63,487 nucleotides of DNA, filler included, from Octopus bimaculoides (GCF_001194135.2; 6 parts of 6 records of this genome joined end to end with filler, not necessarily neighbours in it); one strand, 5' to 3'. Positions 1 through 12,364 are shown, numbered from the whole stretch's first letter. Numbers and translations: made by a program. Notes: a model not told the origin generated them from the sequence alone.

Positions 1-1044
1 CTTATTTGATACAATATGACATATTTTCCTGTAACCAGTGTGGACCTTTATTAAAGGGCCTTTTCTTAGTTCAGGACAGGTGATAAACTGAAGTCCTTTC
101 ATTTCACGATAAAATACCAGGAATCTGTTTGCGTTTATTCTAAAACAGAAAGAAGGAAGCTCAAGGAAAACTAAATTATTTTGGTTAATTATTTCCTCAT
201 TATCAGTGAATAGTTTAGCTTTCTTGTTTTTGTAAATTATTAATGTAGAAGATGTAGACATAGGTAGAATATTTGTAATGTTGTTGCAATCCTCAATATC
301 AATATAGTCTTTCAAGCTGGGGGTGTGTAGCTGGTGGTTGTATGACAGTTTGGGCCAAAAGTTTTTATTTGTTTCAATGGCATGTGGTTTGCCAAAATAA
401 TCTGTTACCAAAATGGTATCTTTACCAACAGAAATAGAGCGGCATTTCCTGCCAATGTCCCTCTTTGTCACACTACCTTTAGCCGAAATCTTATAAATAA
501 CTTGTCCCTGGAGGACACAGAAATAGCTTTGGTACAGAGAGATTTTACTTGGGAGGTGCAGAGAATGGGTCTCTACCTCCCATAACTGTTGGCCATCCAT
601 ATTGTAACAGATTACTCTGTTAATACTGGAAAATGTAATTAAAAGTATATTGTGGACCCCTACAGCAATATCTGTAGGTGTTTCTTTGGTGATGAATTGG
701 TGCTTAATTCTATTCTCCTCCCAATCCATTTGGTAAACTGTCTTACCAAACATTTCTACACCTATAAGTGTAGAATCTTCCAAGTAACTCACCATATACA
801 ACCCCAACTGTATCCTTTTAATCTTGAAAGTTGTGGGGCTGATAATGAGAATCATTTCTCGGAAGGGGAGGGTTGCTAGAACCATGTCTTGACCAATTCT
901 GGTGAAACTGGTAACAGAAGATGGACAATGGACATCATTTCTGTCACCGTCTCTTATCACACAACATATTGTCATACAATGGTGGGAATAGGTAATCACT
1001 CCCCCCTGTATTACAATAATATTGGATATTGTGAGTTTGTCACA
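1..1044 (-). CDS. Coding exon, 348 codons without a stop, running off the window edge; beta-propeller (NHL/YVTN-like) protein
   Basis: Manual minus-strand translation from 1044 to 1 gives CDKLTISNIIVIQGGVITYSHH...KETPTDIAVGVHNILLITFSSINRVICYNMDGQQLWEV...CRSISVGKDTILVTDYFGKPHAI...ICHIVSNK with no stop. The motif PTDIAV-x6-ITF-x3-NRVICYN-x-DG resembles NHL blades (PxGIAV...VTD..N.RV..F...G). It is absent from the ORF track because it has no in-window stop. Confidence 0.75.
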
Positions 1045-1410
1045 NNNNNNNNNNNNNNNNNNNNNNNNNNNNNNNNNNNNNNNNNNNNNNNNNNNNNNNN
1101 NNNNNNNNNNNNNNNNNNNNNNNNNNNNNNNNNNNNNNNNNNNNNNNNNNNNNNNNNNNNNNNNNNNNNNNNNNNNNNNNNNNNNNNNNNNNNNNNNNNN
1201 NNNNNNNNNNNNNNNNNNNNNNNNNNNNNNNNNNNNNNNNNNNNNNNNNNNNNNNNNNNNNNNNNNNNNNNNNNNNNNNNNNNNNNNNNNNNNNNNNNNN
1301 NNNNNNNNNNNNNNNNNNNNNNNNNNNNNNNNNNNNNNNNNNNNNNNNNNNNNNNNNNNNNNNNNNNNNNNNNNNNNNNNNNNNNNNNNNNNNNNNNNNN
1401 NNNNNNNNNN

Positions 1411-1596
1411 ATTATTTCCCTCTTTTCACGGTCTCCTTTGTGTCTTTTTTGTTCTGTTGTTGAATGAGATGAAGCTCGTTTCTCTGACATTTCTCTCCTT
1501 GAACCGTCATCTCTCTCATATTTACACCTTTTTGTTGTTGAGTCCCTTAAAGCCCTTTCCTGATCGATTTGTTTTGCTTGGTCTTCCATAGTGAAT
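1411..1596 (-). CDS. Probable 5' part of the same exon: splice acceptor, ATG at 1589, charged low-complexity N-terminus
   Basis: The minus strand reads ttttccttgtatttcattacag|attcactATG GAA GAC..., and MEDQAKQIDQERALRDSTTKRCKYERDDG...KREI is open up to the N gap (1045-1410). The 1-nt frame offset across the gap is compatible with an estimated gap length. Confidence 0.5.
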
Positions 1597-3117
1597 CTGT
1601 AATGAAATACAAGGAAAACATTTAGCTTTGTGAAAATATTAAAGTTTCAGGGAGATGATGTTTACTTCATTATTTGAAAATCACAAACAAAACATTTATG
1701 TATTTCTGTCAGTGAATTAATTTCGTCTAATTAATATTTAAACAACTTTTAGTTGTAATAATAATGATTAGAATTAAACACCTTATTACAGTCTAATTTA
1801 AGATGTATTAATAAGTTTCATTAATTACATGGAGTCTAAATACTAGCAATAATTATATTCACTGGAAATTATATTTGCTCTCAACATCACAAAGTAATAA
1901 TCACGTGTGGTTTAGATTTATTTAATGATAATTAGTCAAAGAGATTCCCTTGCTCCAAAGTTATTCAATAACGAGACACTCTAAGCTGTAGAGGAAATTA
2001 ACTTTAATTGGTATACATGCTATATTATGTCCCAACACACAGCAATCATATTCAAACTTCGTTAACATGGAACAATTAGCAACACATAGACTTCATGTTT
2101 CATTGACATTTGTCAGACACAAGACAGACTGAACATTTTGCTAGTTAGATGGAATATAAGTATTACTAATGATTATATGTACTGGAAATGATGGGACCGT
2201 CATGGTTGGCTTGGTTTCCATCATATTTACCTGGATTAAGAGATATCAATAAAGCTGGAGATGAAACCTGACAAATGCTGTAAATCTCTCAACATTCCAN
2301 NNNNNNNNNNNNNNNNNNNNNNNNNNNNNNNNNNNNNNNNNNNNNNNNNNNNNNNNNNNNNNNNNNNNNNNNNNNNNNNNNNNNNNNNNNNNNNNNNNNN
2401 NNNNNNNNNNNNNNNNNNNNNNNNNNNNNNNNNNNNNNNNNNNNNNNNNNNNNNNNNNNNNNNNNNNNNNNNNNNNNNNNNNNNNNNNNNNNNNNNNNNN
2501 NNNNNNNNNNNNNNNNNNNNNNNNNNNNNNNNNNNNNNNNNNNNNNNNNNNNNNNNNNNNNNNNNNNNNNNNNNNNNNNNNNNNNNNNNNNNNNNNNNNN
2601 NNNNNNNNNNNNNNNNNNNNNNNNNNNNNNNNNNNNNNNNNNNNNNNNNNNNNNNNNNNNNNNNNNNNAGGAGATATAACTTGGTCTAGTTTATTATGAA
2701 GTATTGGGGGTTTAATGAGGTGGATTAGGAAATATTGGTGGGGTGTTTAATGACATTCTGGTGACTCATCATCATCAGAATGATCCTCCACCTCCTCTTT
2801 GGAAAAGAGCTGGATAAGGCTATGTTGTTGCTATTGGTGTTGTTATTGACAACAAAGTTTATGAAGAGAAAACCAGATAATTGCAAATATTTCAACTGTA
2901 AAATTAAATTGGAAATAATGTTTATGTTTCACTTGTGCCATTCTACTTGGTTTATTTTGGGGAAGAAAAACCTACAAAAACTCTCATAATAATTATATTA
3001 GACTTTAATCTAATTGTGTTTGTATTTATATAGACGTGCATACATATATATGAATGAATATGTATAATATATACACAAAGATGCACATATGTATATTTAT
3101 ACATCCATATGTATGTA

Positions 3118-3300
3118 TGATCATCATCATTTTACCCCCACTTTCCATGCTGGAATAGGTTGGATGGTTCAAAGAATATCTTGCCTGAAGTTATATTTTC
3201 TGGTTTTCTTTCTACAGCTAGATGCTCTTCCTGATACCAACCACTGCCCAAAGTGCACTGGGTGCATCTTATGGTGCCATGACTGGAGACAATCTCTGGG
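3118..3300 (-). mobile_element. Degenerate RTE-tailed SINE/retroposon end
   Basis: (CAT)n followed by ttccatgctggaataggttggatgg...ttctacagctagatgctcttcctgataccaaccac. Inverse copies of the same family lie at 5340-5480, 5560-5695, 53890-54095 and 56500-56740. Confidence 0.6.
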
Positions 3301-3349
3301 CTTCACATATACCTTGGGATGAGGGTAAAGAATATATGGAAAGGAGTGG

Positions 3350-4820
3350 TTGAGTGTTGGGGAGAGACTCAGGTAGGTCCAGTAACATCTCTAGTTTCAT
3401 TGGAAGAATGGTGAAGAGAAGAAATTTACTGCCAATCTTTGTCACAGCAATAAGATAGAGTAAAAAGAAGAGAGAGTGATTGAGAGATGAAAGATAGAGG
3501 TAGGGGTGATAGGGGCATGGCAGTAGGGACACAGGTGGCAGTGACATGGGGGATATGAAGGATGTTTGATATTGGAAGTGAATGATAAGTTATGTGTATG
3601 TTGGAGTGGTGAGTGATAGGGGTGTCGTAAATTAGAGGGTAGCGAAAGTGCTGACGGTGTCTCTCTTTTCCCCTCACCTACCACCCTACCTCTCCAACGC
3701 ACCACGACCCCTCCACTTCACACATCTTCCCTATCAGACCCCTCCCCTTTTTCAAACGAGCCCACAACCTACGTGACCTTGGGCTATAGCTTCTTCCCCA
3801 ACCCAGCTTATTCCCTTGCTCCTGCCCATGCTGCTACACTTGCCCTTACCTCTCCAACATCACCCTCCTCATTGGCACCCATCACCGACTACTTCACCTG
3901 CCCTTCTACCAATATTATCTACTGCCGCTCCTGCTCTCTCTACCCTTCTATATAAATCAGGCAAATGGGACGCCACTTGACTGACTGGTTCGCGGAACAT
4001 CTCCGAAACATCTGACTCTGCAATGACATCCTGGTCTCATGCCATTTCCGCTCTACCGGTCACTCTTTGCAACACCTGTCCATGTTTGGATTGTTCTTGC
4101 ACAGGGGCCATCTGGACTCCCGTTTGCGCTACATGGGCTTAACTCTCCTCCCCTTTTCATCTAACCTCCTCCCCTTGCCTCTCTTGCTCCGACTCCTACT
4201 TCTCTTTACTACTACTCTCTTTCTCTCTTTTCATTCCTTCCTTCATCGTCAACCGTCCCTCATAAGCCCACCCCACCTCTACATATTCCAACACCACCCC
4301 ATCACTTACACCCACTCCCACATACCCCACCTCTACCCACACCCCATCCTTGCTTTCCCCACTCTCGCCTCCCCCACCTCCAAGCACCATACCACACCAC
4401 ACAACACATCATATCAACACACCACTACGCACACACCAGCACTGACCAATTCCCAGCCCCACATTTTCACACCTACACATACACACGCACACACGTCAAG
4501 ATCACCAGCCCTCTTTCAGACGCACATACGAAGTCTCTTATACACATGCAGGCATACCTTCATTTTGGGATCACCACTACTTTAATATCTCCCCTTCTTC
4601 CTAGCTCTCCTGTGTGACCCTTCTGTCTGGCATTCGGCATGATAGATCGCTAGCCACTGCACATTCTTTTTTCTCTCTCTTTGTTTCTTTCTGTGTTCTT
4701 TCTGCGGAAGAGCATAGGCTCGAAACATCAAAGACTTTCTCTATTCCCGAGCGTTATACTAATACATCTGTTTGTTTTCTACACCACCTGTCTTCATCTT
4801 TTTTTTTTTGTGAAATGTGA
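3350..4820 (+). mobile_element. Penelope-like element remnant: GIY-YIG endonuclease pseudogene, 3' pLTR, and an inverted copy of the 3' region upstream
   Basis: 3875-4135 translates FTCPSTNIIYCRSCSLYPSI*IRQMGRHLTDWFAEHLRNI*LCNDILVSCHFRSTGHSLQHL, matching the PLE EN consensus FTC.S.N.IYCI.C..C..YIGET.R.L..RF.EH.R.I....VA.HF...H. The purine-rich 3450-3660 loosely mirrors 4200-4400. A hammerhead-like motif sits at 4697-4734. Confidence 0.75.
4697..4734 (+). ncRNA. Degenerate minimal type I hammerhead-like motif in the PLE 3' repeat
   Basis: UCUUU-CUGCGGA-A-GAGC(auag)GCUC-GAA-ACAUC-AAAGA: stem I UCUUU/AAAGA, stem II GAGC/GCUC. The core has A6C, and the expected ACGU palindrome reads ACAU. Confidence 0.5.
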
Positions 4821-5009
4821 GTATATGTTTAATGTATTTTTTATTAATATTTAGCAGAACTAACAGAGTGACTCAAGATCTGAGAGTTCCATGTGTTGAC
4901 CCTCATCAATCTAGTTCTTTGGAGGTCTGGGAATATACCTCCAAAGAACCAGTTTGATAAATGCCAATAAATGAAACTTTCGGATCTTGGGTCACTTTGT
5001 TACTTCTGC

Positions 5010-5059
<50 letters not shown>

Positions 5060-5924
5060 TACACACACAGATATGTGTGTTAGTTATATGAATGTACCTT
5101 CACATAACCATGTATAAATGTTTGTGTATATATATATGTATGTTTATAGATATGAATTAATGAATGACAAAGGAATATGAGTTATGTAATCACTTCCATT
5201 AGCTTCCATCTGTTTCTGCTACAGGAAGCAGTGAACTTGAGCTGATTGTGTGTGTGTAGGTGTCTGTGCATTTGTTTATTTATGTTTGCAATCTATTTTA
5301 AGTTGCTCCAAGCAGTCACATCTGTCAACCAATCACCCCCACCTTGGAAGACATGGGAAATAAGAACTTTTGTTCTTGCAAAAATGGTTTTGGGTTAGCA
5401 ATAGGAAGGTAGACTGTCTGTAAAACAATGTTACAATAATATATTCATCTAACCCATGCTAGCATACAAAATCAGATGTACAATCAAACATAAGTAAACC
5501 CATGTTTATACATTCATATACTCTCATGCATGCATAAACACACACACATGTGTGTGCATTTGGTGTTAGGAAGATTATCCAGCTGTAGAAATCTTGCCAA
5601 ATCTTTCTTTGGAGCTCAGCAAAGTCCTCTGGCTCACTGCTTCCTCTTCAACTGTCCTACCCATGCCAGTTAGGGAAAATGGATGTCAAAACCTTTATAA
5701 TACATCAGATGATGTATTTTCTTTTTTGTATTTTCCCTCTCATAATTTTGTTTTGTTCCTTGCCAGGTTCTTGTGAGTCCCACTCAGTCAAGTTTATGAC
5801 TACACTCTATTAGTTTCACCAATCCTCACTTGGTTTCAAACAAGAGAATATTTCACCAAGTTCTTCAAATATGAACAGCACAATGGTTGGATATGTTTTC
5901 TGGTGGAACACTGTGCTGTTCATC

Positions 5925-6949
5925 CTAGTTAACCTTCCTTTGATGTTGCTGCACCTCTTATGTGTCCATAGCTTGCATTGGGTGCATCTTATAGAGTTAC
6001 CACCTATGCCCTTTCTACAGATCGAGCAGGGCCATCTACCTGAAGGGGTTTGTGTGTTGTCTACCTTCCTACTGATTAGGACTTTGGTTTTAGCTAGGTT
6101 GACTCTAAGGCCCTTCGATTCTAGTCCTTGCTTCCACACCTGAAACTTCTCCACTAGTTCTCATAGTGACTCAGCAATTAATGCAAGGTCATCAGCATAG
6201 GGGAGCTCCCAGGCACATCCTGTCTTGAATTCCTCTGTTATCGCCTGGAGGACTATGATAAATAGGAGGGGGCTGAGGACTGAACCTTGGTGGACCCTAC
6301 CTCTACCCGGAATTCTTCACTGTACTCGTTGCCAACCCTCACCTTACTGATAGCGTCTCTGTACATGGCTCGCACAGCTCTCACTAACCATTCTTCTATC
6401 CCTAGTTTCGTCATTGACCACCAGATAAAGGATCGGGGGACCCTGTCAAAGGCTTTCTCCATGTCAATGAAAGACAGGTACAGAGGTTTATCTTTGGCTA
6501 GGTATTTCTCCTGCAGCTGCCTTAACAGAAATATAGCATCAGTGGTGCTTTCTCTGGCACAAACCCAAACTACATCTCATCTAAGCTGACTCTCTCCCTA
6601 ATTAGTTGAGCTATGTCCCTCTCCGTGACTTTCATTACCTGATCTAACAACTTGATACCTCTGTAATTATTTGTATCCAAAGCGTCACCTTTACCTTTGT
6701 AGCAGTTGACTATGGTGCTGCTACACCAGCCATTGGGTATGACTCCTTCGTGTATCACCTGGTTAACAATACGGGTGACTAGGCTATAACCGACACTGCC
6801 AAATATTTTGAGCATCTCTGCCGTGATTCTTGATGGGCCGGGGGCTTTCCCTGTCTTCATACTCTTAATTGCTTTATCTACCATGGTACTGTCAACTCGG
6901 ATAGCTGGTCCCTCTGTTGGGTCGACATTCAGCAGACCCTCTTTCTCCT
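5925..6949 (-). mobile_element. RTE-clade LINE reverse transcriptase pseudogene, copy 1
   Basis: KAPGPSRITAEML...NYRGIKLLDQVMKV...DMEKAFDRVPRS...ELPYADDL...GLRVNLAKTKVL followed by a Cys/His finger. Contains stops and frameshifts; the 5' part runs into the gap. Confidence 0.9.
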
Positions 6950-7667
6950 NNNNNNNNNNNNNNNNNNNNNNNNNNNNNNNNNNNNNNNNNNNNNNNNNNN
7001 NNNNNNNNNNNNNNNNNNNNNNNNNNNNNNNNNNNNNNNNNNNNNNNNNNNNNNNNNNNNNNNNNNNNNNNNNNNNNNNNNNNNNNNNNNNNNNNNNNNN
7101 NNNNNNNNNNNNNNNNNNNNNNNNNNNNNNNNNNNNNNNNNNNNNNNNNNNNNNNNNNNNNNNNNNNNNNNNNNNNNNNNNNNNNNNNNNNNNNNNNNNN
7201 NNNNNNNNNNNNNNNNNNNNNNNNNNNNNNNNNNNNNNNNNNNNNNNNNNNNNNNNNNNNNNNNNNNNNNNNNNNNNNNNNNNNNNNNNNNNNNNNNNNN
7301 NNNNNNNNNNNNNNNNNNNNNNNNNNNNNNNNNNNNNNNNNNNNNNNNNNNNNNNNNNNNNNNNNNNNNNNNNNNNNNNNNNNNNNNNNNNNNNNNNNNN
7401 NNNNNNNNNNNNNNNNNNNNNNNNNNNNNNNNNNNNNNNNNNNNNNNNNNNNNNNNNNNNNNNNNNNNNNNNNNNNNNNNNNNNNNNNNNNNNNNNNNNN
7501 NNNNNNNNNNNNNNNNNNNNNNNNNNNNNNNNNNNNNNNNNNNNNNNNNNNNNNNNNNNNNNNNNNNNNNNNNNNNNNNNNNNNNNNNNNNNNNNNNNNN
7601 NNNNNNNNNNNNNNNNNNNNNNNNNNNNNNNNNNNNNNNNNNNNNNNNNNTTTGCCAGCTCATCACA

Positions 7668-7684
7668 GTAATAATAATAATAAT

Positions 7685-7765
<81 letters not shown>
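7668..7765. repeat. (AAT)n microsatellite between CORE-SINE copies
   Basis: Direct reading. Confidence 0.95.
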
Positions 7766-8130
7766 CCTTTCTTACTTTAGGAAAAAGGCCTGAAATTTTG
7801 TGTGAGGGGACTAGTAAATTACATCAACCCCAGTGCATAGCTGGTACTTATTCAATCAACCCCAAAAGGATGAAAGGCAAAGTCGACCTCAGTGGAATTT
7901 GAACTCAGAACATAGCGGAAGAATTTTCAAATTTTAGCAGAAGGCCAACAAGTTCAGGGAAACAGGTAAGTTGATTACATCGACCCCAGAACTCAAAAGG
8001 TATTTATTTTTATCAACCCCGAAAGGATGAAGGTTGATGTTGGCAAAATTTGAACTCAGAACGTAAAGACAAACAAAATACTGGCAAGCACTTTGCCCAG
8101 CGTGCTAACCATTCTACCAGCTCACCCTCT
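7765..8130 (-). mobile_element. Two tandem tRNA-headed CORE-type SINE copies (7765-7915 truncated; 7929-8130)
   Basis: The reverse complement contains the B-box gagttcaaatt and the CORE-like gtcgactttgcctttcatcc...aataagtaccag. Confidence 0.85.
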
Positions 8131-8354
8131 CCCACCAAAATAATAATAATGATAACAACCCTACTTTTCCTATTTTATGTCCTTCACATGTCCCCTTTTA
8201 CTTTCATCTCTCTCTCTCCTTTTAAATATCAACTTCAACATTTTAGTTCCCTTCTTTTACGTTAACATATATATATTATGTGTGTGTGTTTATACATTCT
8301 GTACATGTATATATATATGTATATTATGTTTGTGTGTGTATATATATATATATA

Positions 8355-8550
8355 TATTCCATTATTCTTGTACTTCTTTCAGTCATTTGACTGTGGCCAT
8401 GCTGGAGCACTGCCTTTAGTCAAGCAAATCGACCCTAGGACTTATTCTTTGTAAGCCTAGTACTTATTCTATTGGTCTCTTTTGATGAACTTCTAAGTTA
8501 CAGGGATGTAAACACATCAACATCGGTTGTCAAGTAATGGTGGGATGAAA
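8355..8550 (-). mobile_element. 3' half of SINE family 2
   Basis: cagtcatttgactgtggccatgctggagcac...gtaagcctagtacttattct matches the inverse of the 34157 copy. Confidence 0.8.
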
Positions 8551-10031
8551 ATAGAGACACAATTACGTACCTATTTGATTTCTTAGCTTATATTTCTGTA
8601 AAACTGATAAACAAATTTTGAATTTTCCATGAATCATAAAATCCAAAACATTTTGTCCTTAAATATAATTTACATTTTCTTAAGAATTTATCAAATATTT
8701 TTGAGATTGTTCAAGAAAATATGAACTTTCTCTTCTTGTAAAAGTATTTGAAATCCTGGACACATTTTTTATAGTTTATAAAACGGTAGGAGGAAATAAG
8801 CACAAATGTGAAGAGTGTGTGTATATATGTATGTATACAAGTGTGTATCTCTCTCTCTCGCTTTATATATATATTCTTTCCATCATTCAATAATGCTATA
8901 AATGTGTTAGTACTTACTGATTAATTAAAATATCAACTTCATTTCCTAACCTAGCTGATCCACAAATAGTTAAAATATGTACCGGACTTAAAAAGAAATA
9001 CTGGTGCTCATATGATCAGTTAAATGCATGAAGGCAATGCTCCAGCATGGCCATGGTTCAATAAATAAAGGAGTAAAACACATCAGCCACACATTACATA
9101 CATAACTTGAAATCTCTCCACCACCATGACCACCACCATCTAATCTGTTAACCTGTCTCTATAAATGTCACACCCCCTCTTCAATTATTATTCATGTCTT
9201 TCTTATCCNNNNNNNNNNNNNNNNNNNNNNNNNNNNNNNNNNNNNNNNNNNNNNNNNNNNNNNNNNNNNNNNNNNNNNNNNNNNNNNNNNNNNNNNNNNN
9301 NNNNNNNNNNNNNNNNNNNNNNNNNNNNNNNNNNNNNNNNNNNNNNNNNNNNNNNNNNNNNNNNNNNNNNNNNNNNNNNNNNNNNNNNNNNNNNNNNNNN
9401 NNNNNNNNNNNNNNNNNNNNNNNNNNNNNNNNNNNNNNNNNNNNNNNNNNNNNNNNNNNNNNNNNNNNNNNNNNNNNNNNNNNNNNNNNNNNNNNNNNNN
9501 NNNNNNNNNNNNNNNNNNNNNNNNNNNNNNNNNNNNNNNNNNNNNNNNNNNNNNNNNNNNNNNNNNNNNNNNNNNNNNNNNNNNNNNNNNNNNNNNNNNN
9601 NNNNNNNNNNNNNNNNNNNNNNNNNNNNNNNNNNNNNNNNNNNNNNNNNNNNNNNNNNNNNNNNNNNNNNNNNNNNNNNNNNNNNNNNNNNNNNNNNNNN
9701 NNNNNNNNNNNNNNNNNNNNNNNNNNNNNNNNNNNNNNNNNNNNNNNNNNNNNNNNNNNNNNNNNNNNNNNNNNNNNNNNNNNNNNNNNNNNNNNNNNNN
9801 NNNNNNNNNNNNNNNNNNNNNNNNNNNNNNNNNNNNNNNNNNNNNNNNNNNNNNNNNNNNNNNNNNNNNNNNNNNNNNNNNNNNNNNNNNNNNNNNNNNN
9901 NNNNNNNNNNNNNNNNNNNNNNNNNNNNNNNNNNNNNNNNNNNNNNNNNNNNNNNNNNNNNNNNNNNNNNNNNNNNNNNNNNNNNNNNNNNNNNNNNNNN
10001 NNNNNNNNNNNNNNNNNNNNNNNNNNNNNNN

Positions 10032-11026
10032 TGATGCTTCTTAGGTTCAACTTTTCTCTCAAGGTACTTACACTCTGTTGAGTATGCACACTGACATTAC
10101 ACATCCATCGGAGAATACTGGCTTCATTCCTTGCGAGCTTACGCATGTCCTCAGCAGTCACGGCCCATGTGTCACTGCCATGCAGCATGGTTGTTCGTAC
10201 ACATGCGTCATACAGTCTGCATTTTACTCTGAGAGAGAGGCCCTTTATCACCAGCAGAGGTAAGAGCTCTCTGAACTTTTCCCAGGCTATTCTTATTCTA
10301 GCAGCTACACTTTCAGCACACCTTCCCCCACTACTAACTTGGTCACCCAGATAGCAGGTACATCTTATAGAGTTTCTTCCTATGCCTCTTCTACACATTG
10401 AGCAGGGCCATCTACCTGGAGGGGTTTGTGTTTTTTCTACCTTCCTACTGATTAGGACTTTGGTATTAGCTGGGTTGACTCTAAGGCCCTTCAATTCTAG
10501 TCCTTGCTTCCACACATGAAACTTCTCCACTAGTTCTGATAGTGACTCAGCAATTAGTGCAAAGTCATCAGCATAGAGGAGCTCCCAGGGCCATCCTGTC
10601 TTGAATTCCTCTGTTATTGCCTGGAGGACTATGATAAATAGGAGGGGGTGATTTCTGAACCTTGGTGGACCCCTACCTCTACCCGGAATTCTTCAGTATA
10701 CTCATTACCAACTCTCACCTTACTGACAGCGTCTCCGTACATGGCTCGTACAGCTCTCACTAACCATTCTTCTATCCCTAGTTTCCTCATTGACCACCAG
10801 ATAAGGGATCGAGTGACCCTGTCAAAGGCTTTCTCCATGTCAACAAAAGCCAGGTACAAAGGTTTATCTTTGGCTAGGTATTTCTTCTGCAGCTGTCTTA
10901 CCAGAAATATCGCATGAGTGGTGCTTTTCCTGGCACGAACCCAAACTGCATCTCATCTAAACTGACTTTCTCCCTAATTAGTTGGGCTATGACCCTCTCC
11001 GTGACTTTCAGTACCAGATCTAACAG
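10032..11026 (-). mobile_element. RTE-clade LINE RT pseudogene, copy 2 (5'-truncated, internal deletion)
   Basis: YLAFVDMEKAFDRVTRS...VHQGS...ELLYADDFAL...CYLGD...RIRIAWEKFRELLPLL...MLHGSDTW. Closely similar to copy 1 over about 650 bp. Confidence 0.9.
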
Positions 11027-11315
11027 AAATGAAATCATCAGAACAATTATATTTATGTACAAAGTTTGATATGAAAATCAGAATCAGTTTTAAAATTTTC
11101 ATTGATTGAAAGAAGAAAAAGATCAATTAGTAGAGTCGTTAGAATGTATGGACTTAATACCTTGTGGTATTTATACTGACTCTTTGTCTGCCGAGTTCAA
11201 ATCATGCTGAGATTAATTTTGATTTTTATTATGCAAGGGTCAATAATTAAAATGTCAGTCTGAGGTGGTGGTCACATGGAATTATATATTTGACAAGATG
11301 CCTTGTAGTATTTAA

Positions 11316-11530
11316 CCCTTTTGTTTCTGTATTTATTTTGAGATGTTCTGTGTTTCTTTCAATTACTTTAGATATAACAAAGAATTTAGTAAAATAACTT
11401 TGTTATCATTAAGCTAGAGTTAGGAACATAAATTGTCACTAAGGTTTGGTGGAAGATTTTAATTCAAAACTTGTTAAAACAAGACATTTGTACTACAGAG
11501 CCAGTTTCAGCTGGGTTGGTTACGAAAGGG
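11316..11530. mobile_element. piggyBac-type MITE
   Basis: TTAA|cccttttgtt...tacgaaaggg|TAAA: CCCTTT terminal inverted repeats with a (degenerate) TTAA target site. Confidence 0.6.
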
Positions 11531-11731
11531 TAAAATGTGGTTCTTTGTGATCTGAGTTCAAATTCTTTTGTTGCCTCCCTAGGTTACAGACTTAATCTAT
11601 CACCTTTTTCAACACCATCACCTGGCCCTTTNNNNNNNNNNNNNNNNNNNNNNNNNNNNNNNNNNNNNNNNNNNNNNNNNNNNNNNNNNNNNNNNNNNNN
11701 NNNNNNNNNNNNNNNNNNNNNNNNNNNNNNN

Positions 11732-12157
11732 AAGAGAGATAAATGTATGTAAGGGAGGGAGAGAGATAGAGAGGGAGAGCGCGCTCTGTCAGCGTATATC
11801 AACAATTTAAATGTCAATTTTTTTTTCTCACACAACAATTAAAATATATTTACTTTAAATCATTTATTTATTTTATATCGCTTATCTTTCTCCACCCCAC
11901 CCCTTCTCATTCACACACATGCTACTTTGGGAGCGAAAGAGTTTTGCTTATATTTCACGCCGGTACGAGCCCTTAATATCGGCCTTTTCCGTAACAAGTG
12001 TCTTCGGCGATTTTTCGCCATCCATTTCTTTAACAACAATGAAACAACGAGGTATGTAACAATTTATCAGTGTTCCTAAGCTGCTCCAATCCAGATACCC
12101 AATGCAACACTTCATAATCCTAGCTTAATCCCGGGCAACGCCGGGCTATACTGCTAG
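11732..12157 (+). mobile_element. Non-autonomous Helitron, 3' end
   Basis: GC hairpin cccgg-gcaacg-ccggg (12130-12145), 8 nt, then CTAG (12154-12157) followed by T, the canonical Helitron 3' terminus. The 5' end is probably in the gap. Confidence 0.65.
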
Positions 12158-12364
12158 TACATAATAAAATTTAAAAATTAAGAATGCAGATTCTCTACGT
12201 AAGAAATATGCTGCAAAACCCCATAAAAAGATAGCGTCTATTTCTTTTTGGCAACATGTGTTTTGTGTGTAATGTTGCTGTGTGTGTGAGAGAAGGAGAG
12301 AGAGAAAGAAAGAAAGAAAGATAGAGAGAAAGAAAGAAAGAAAGATAGAGAGAAAGAAATAAAG

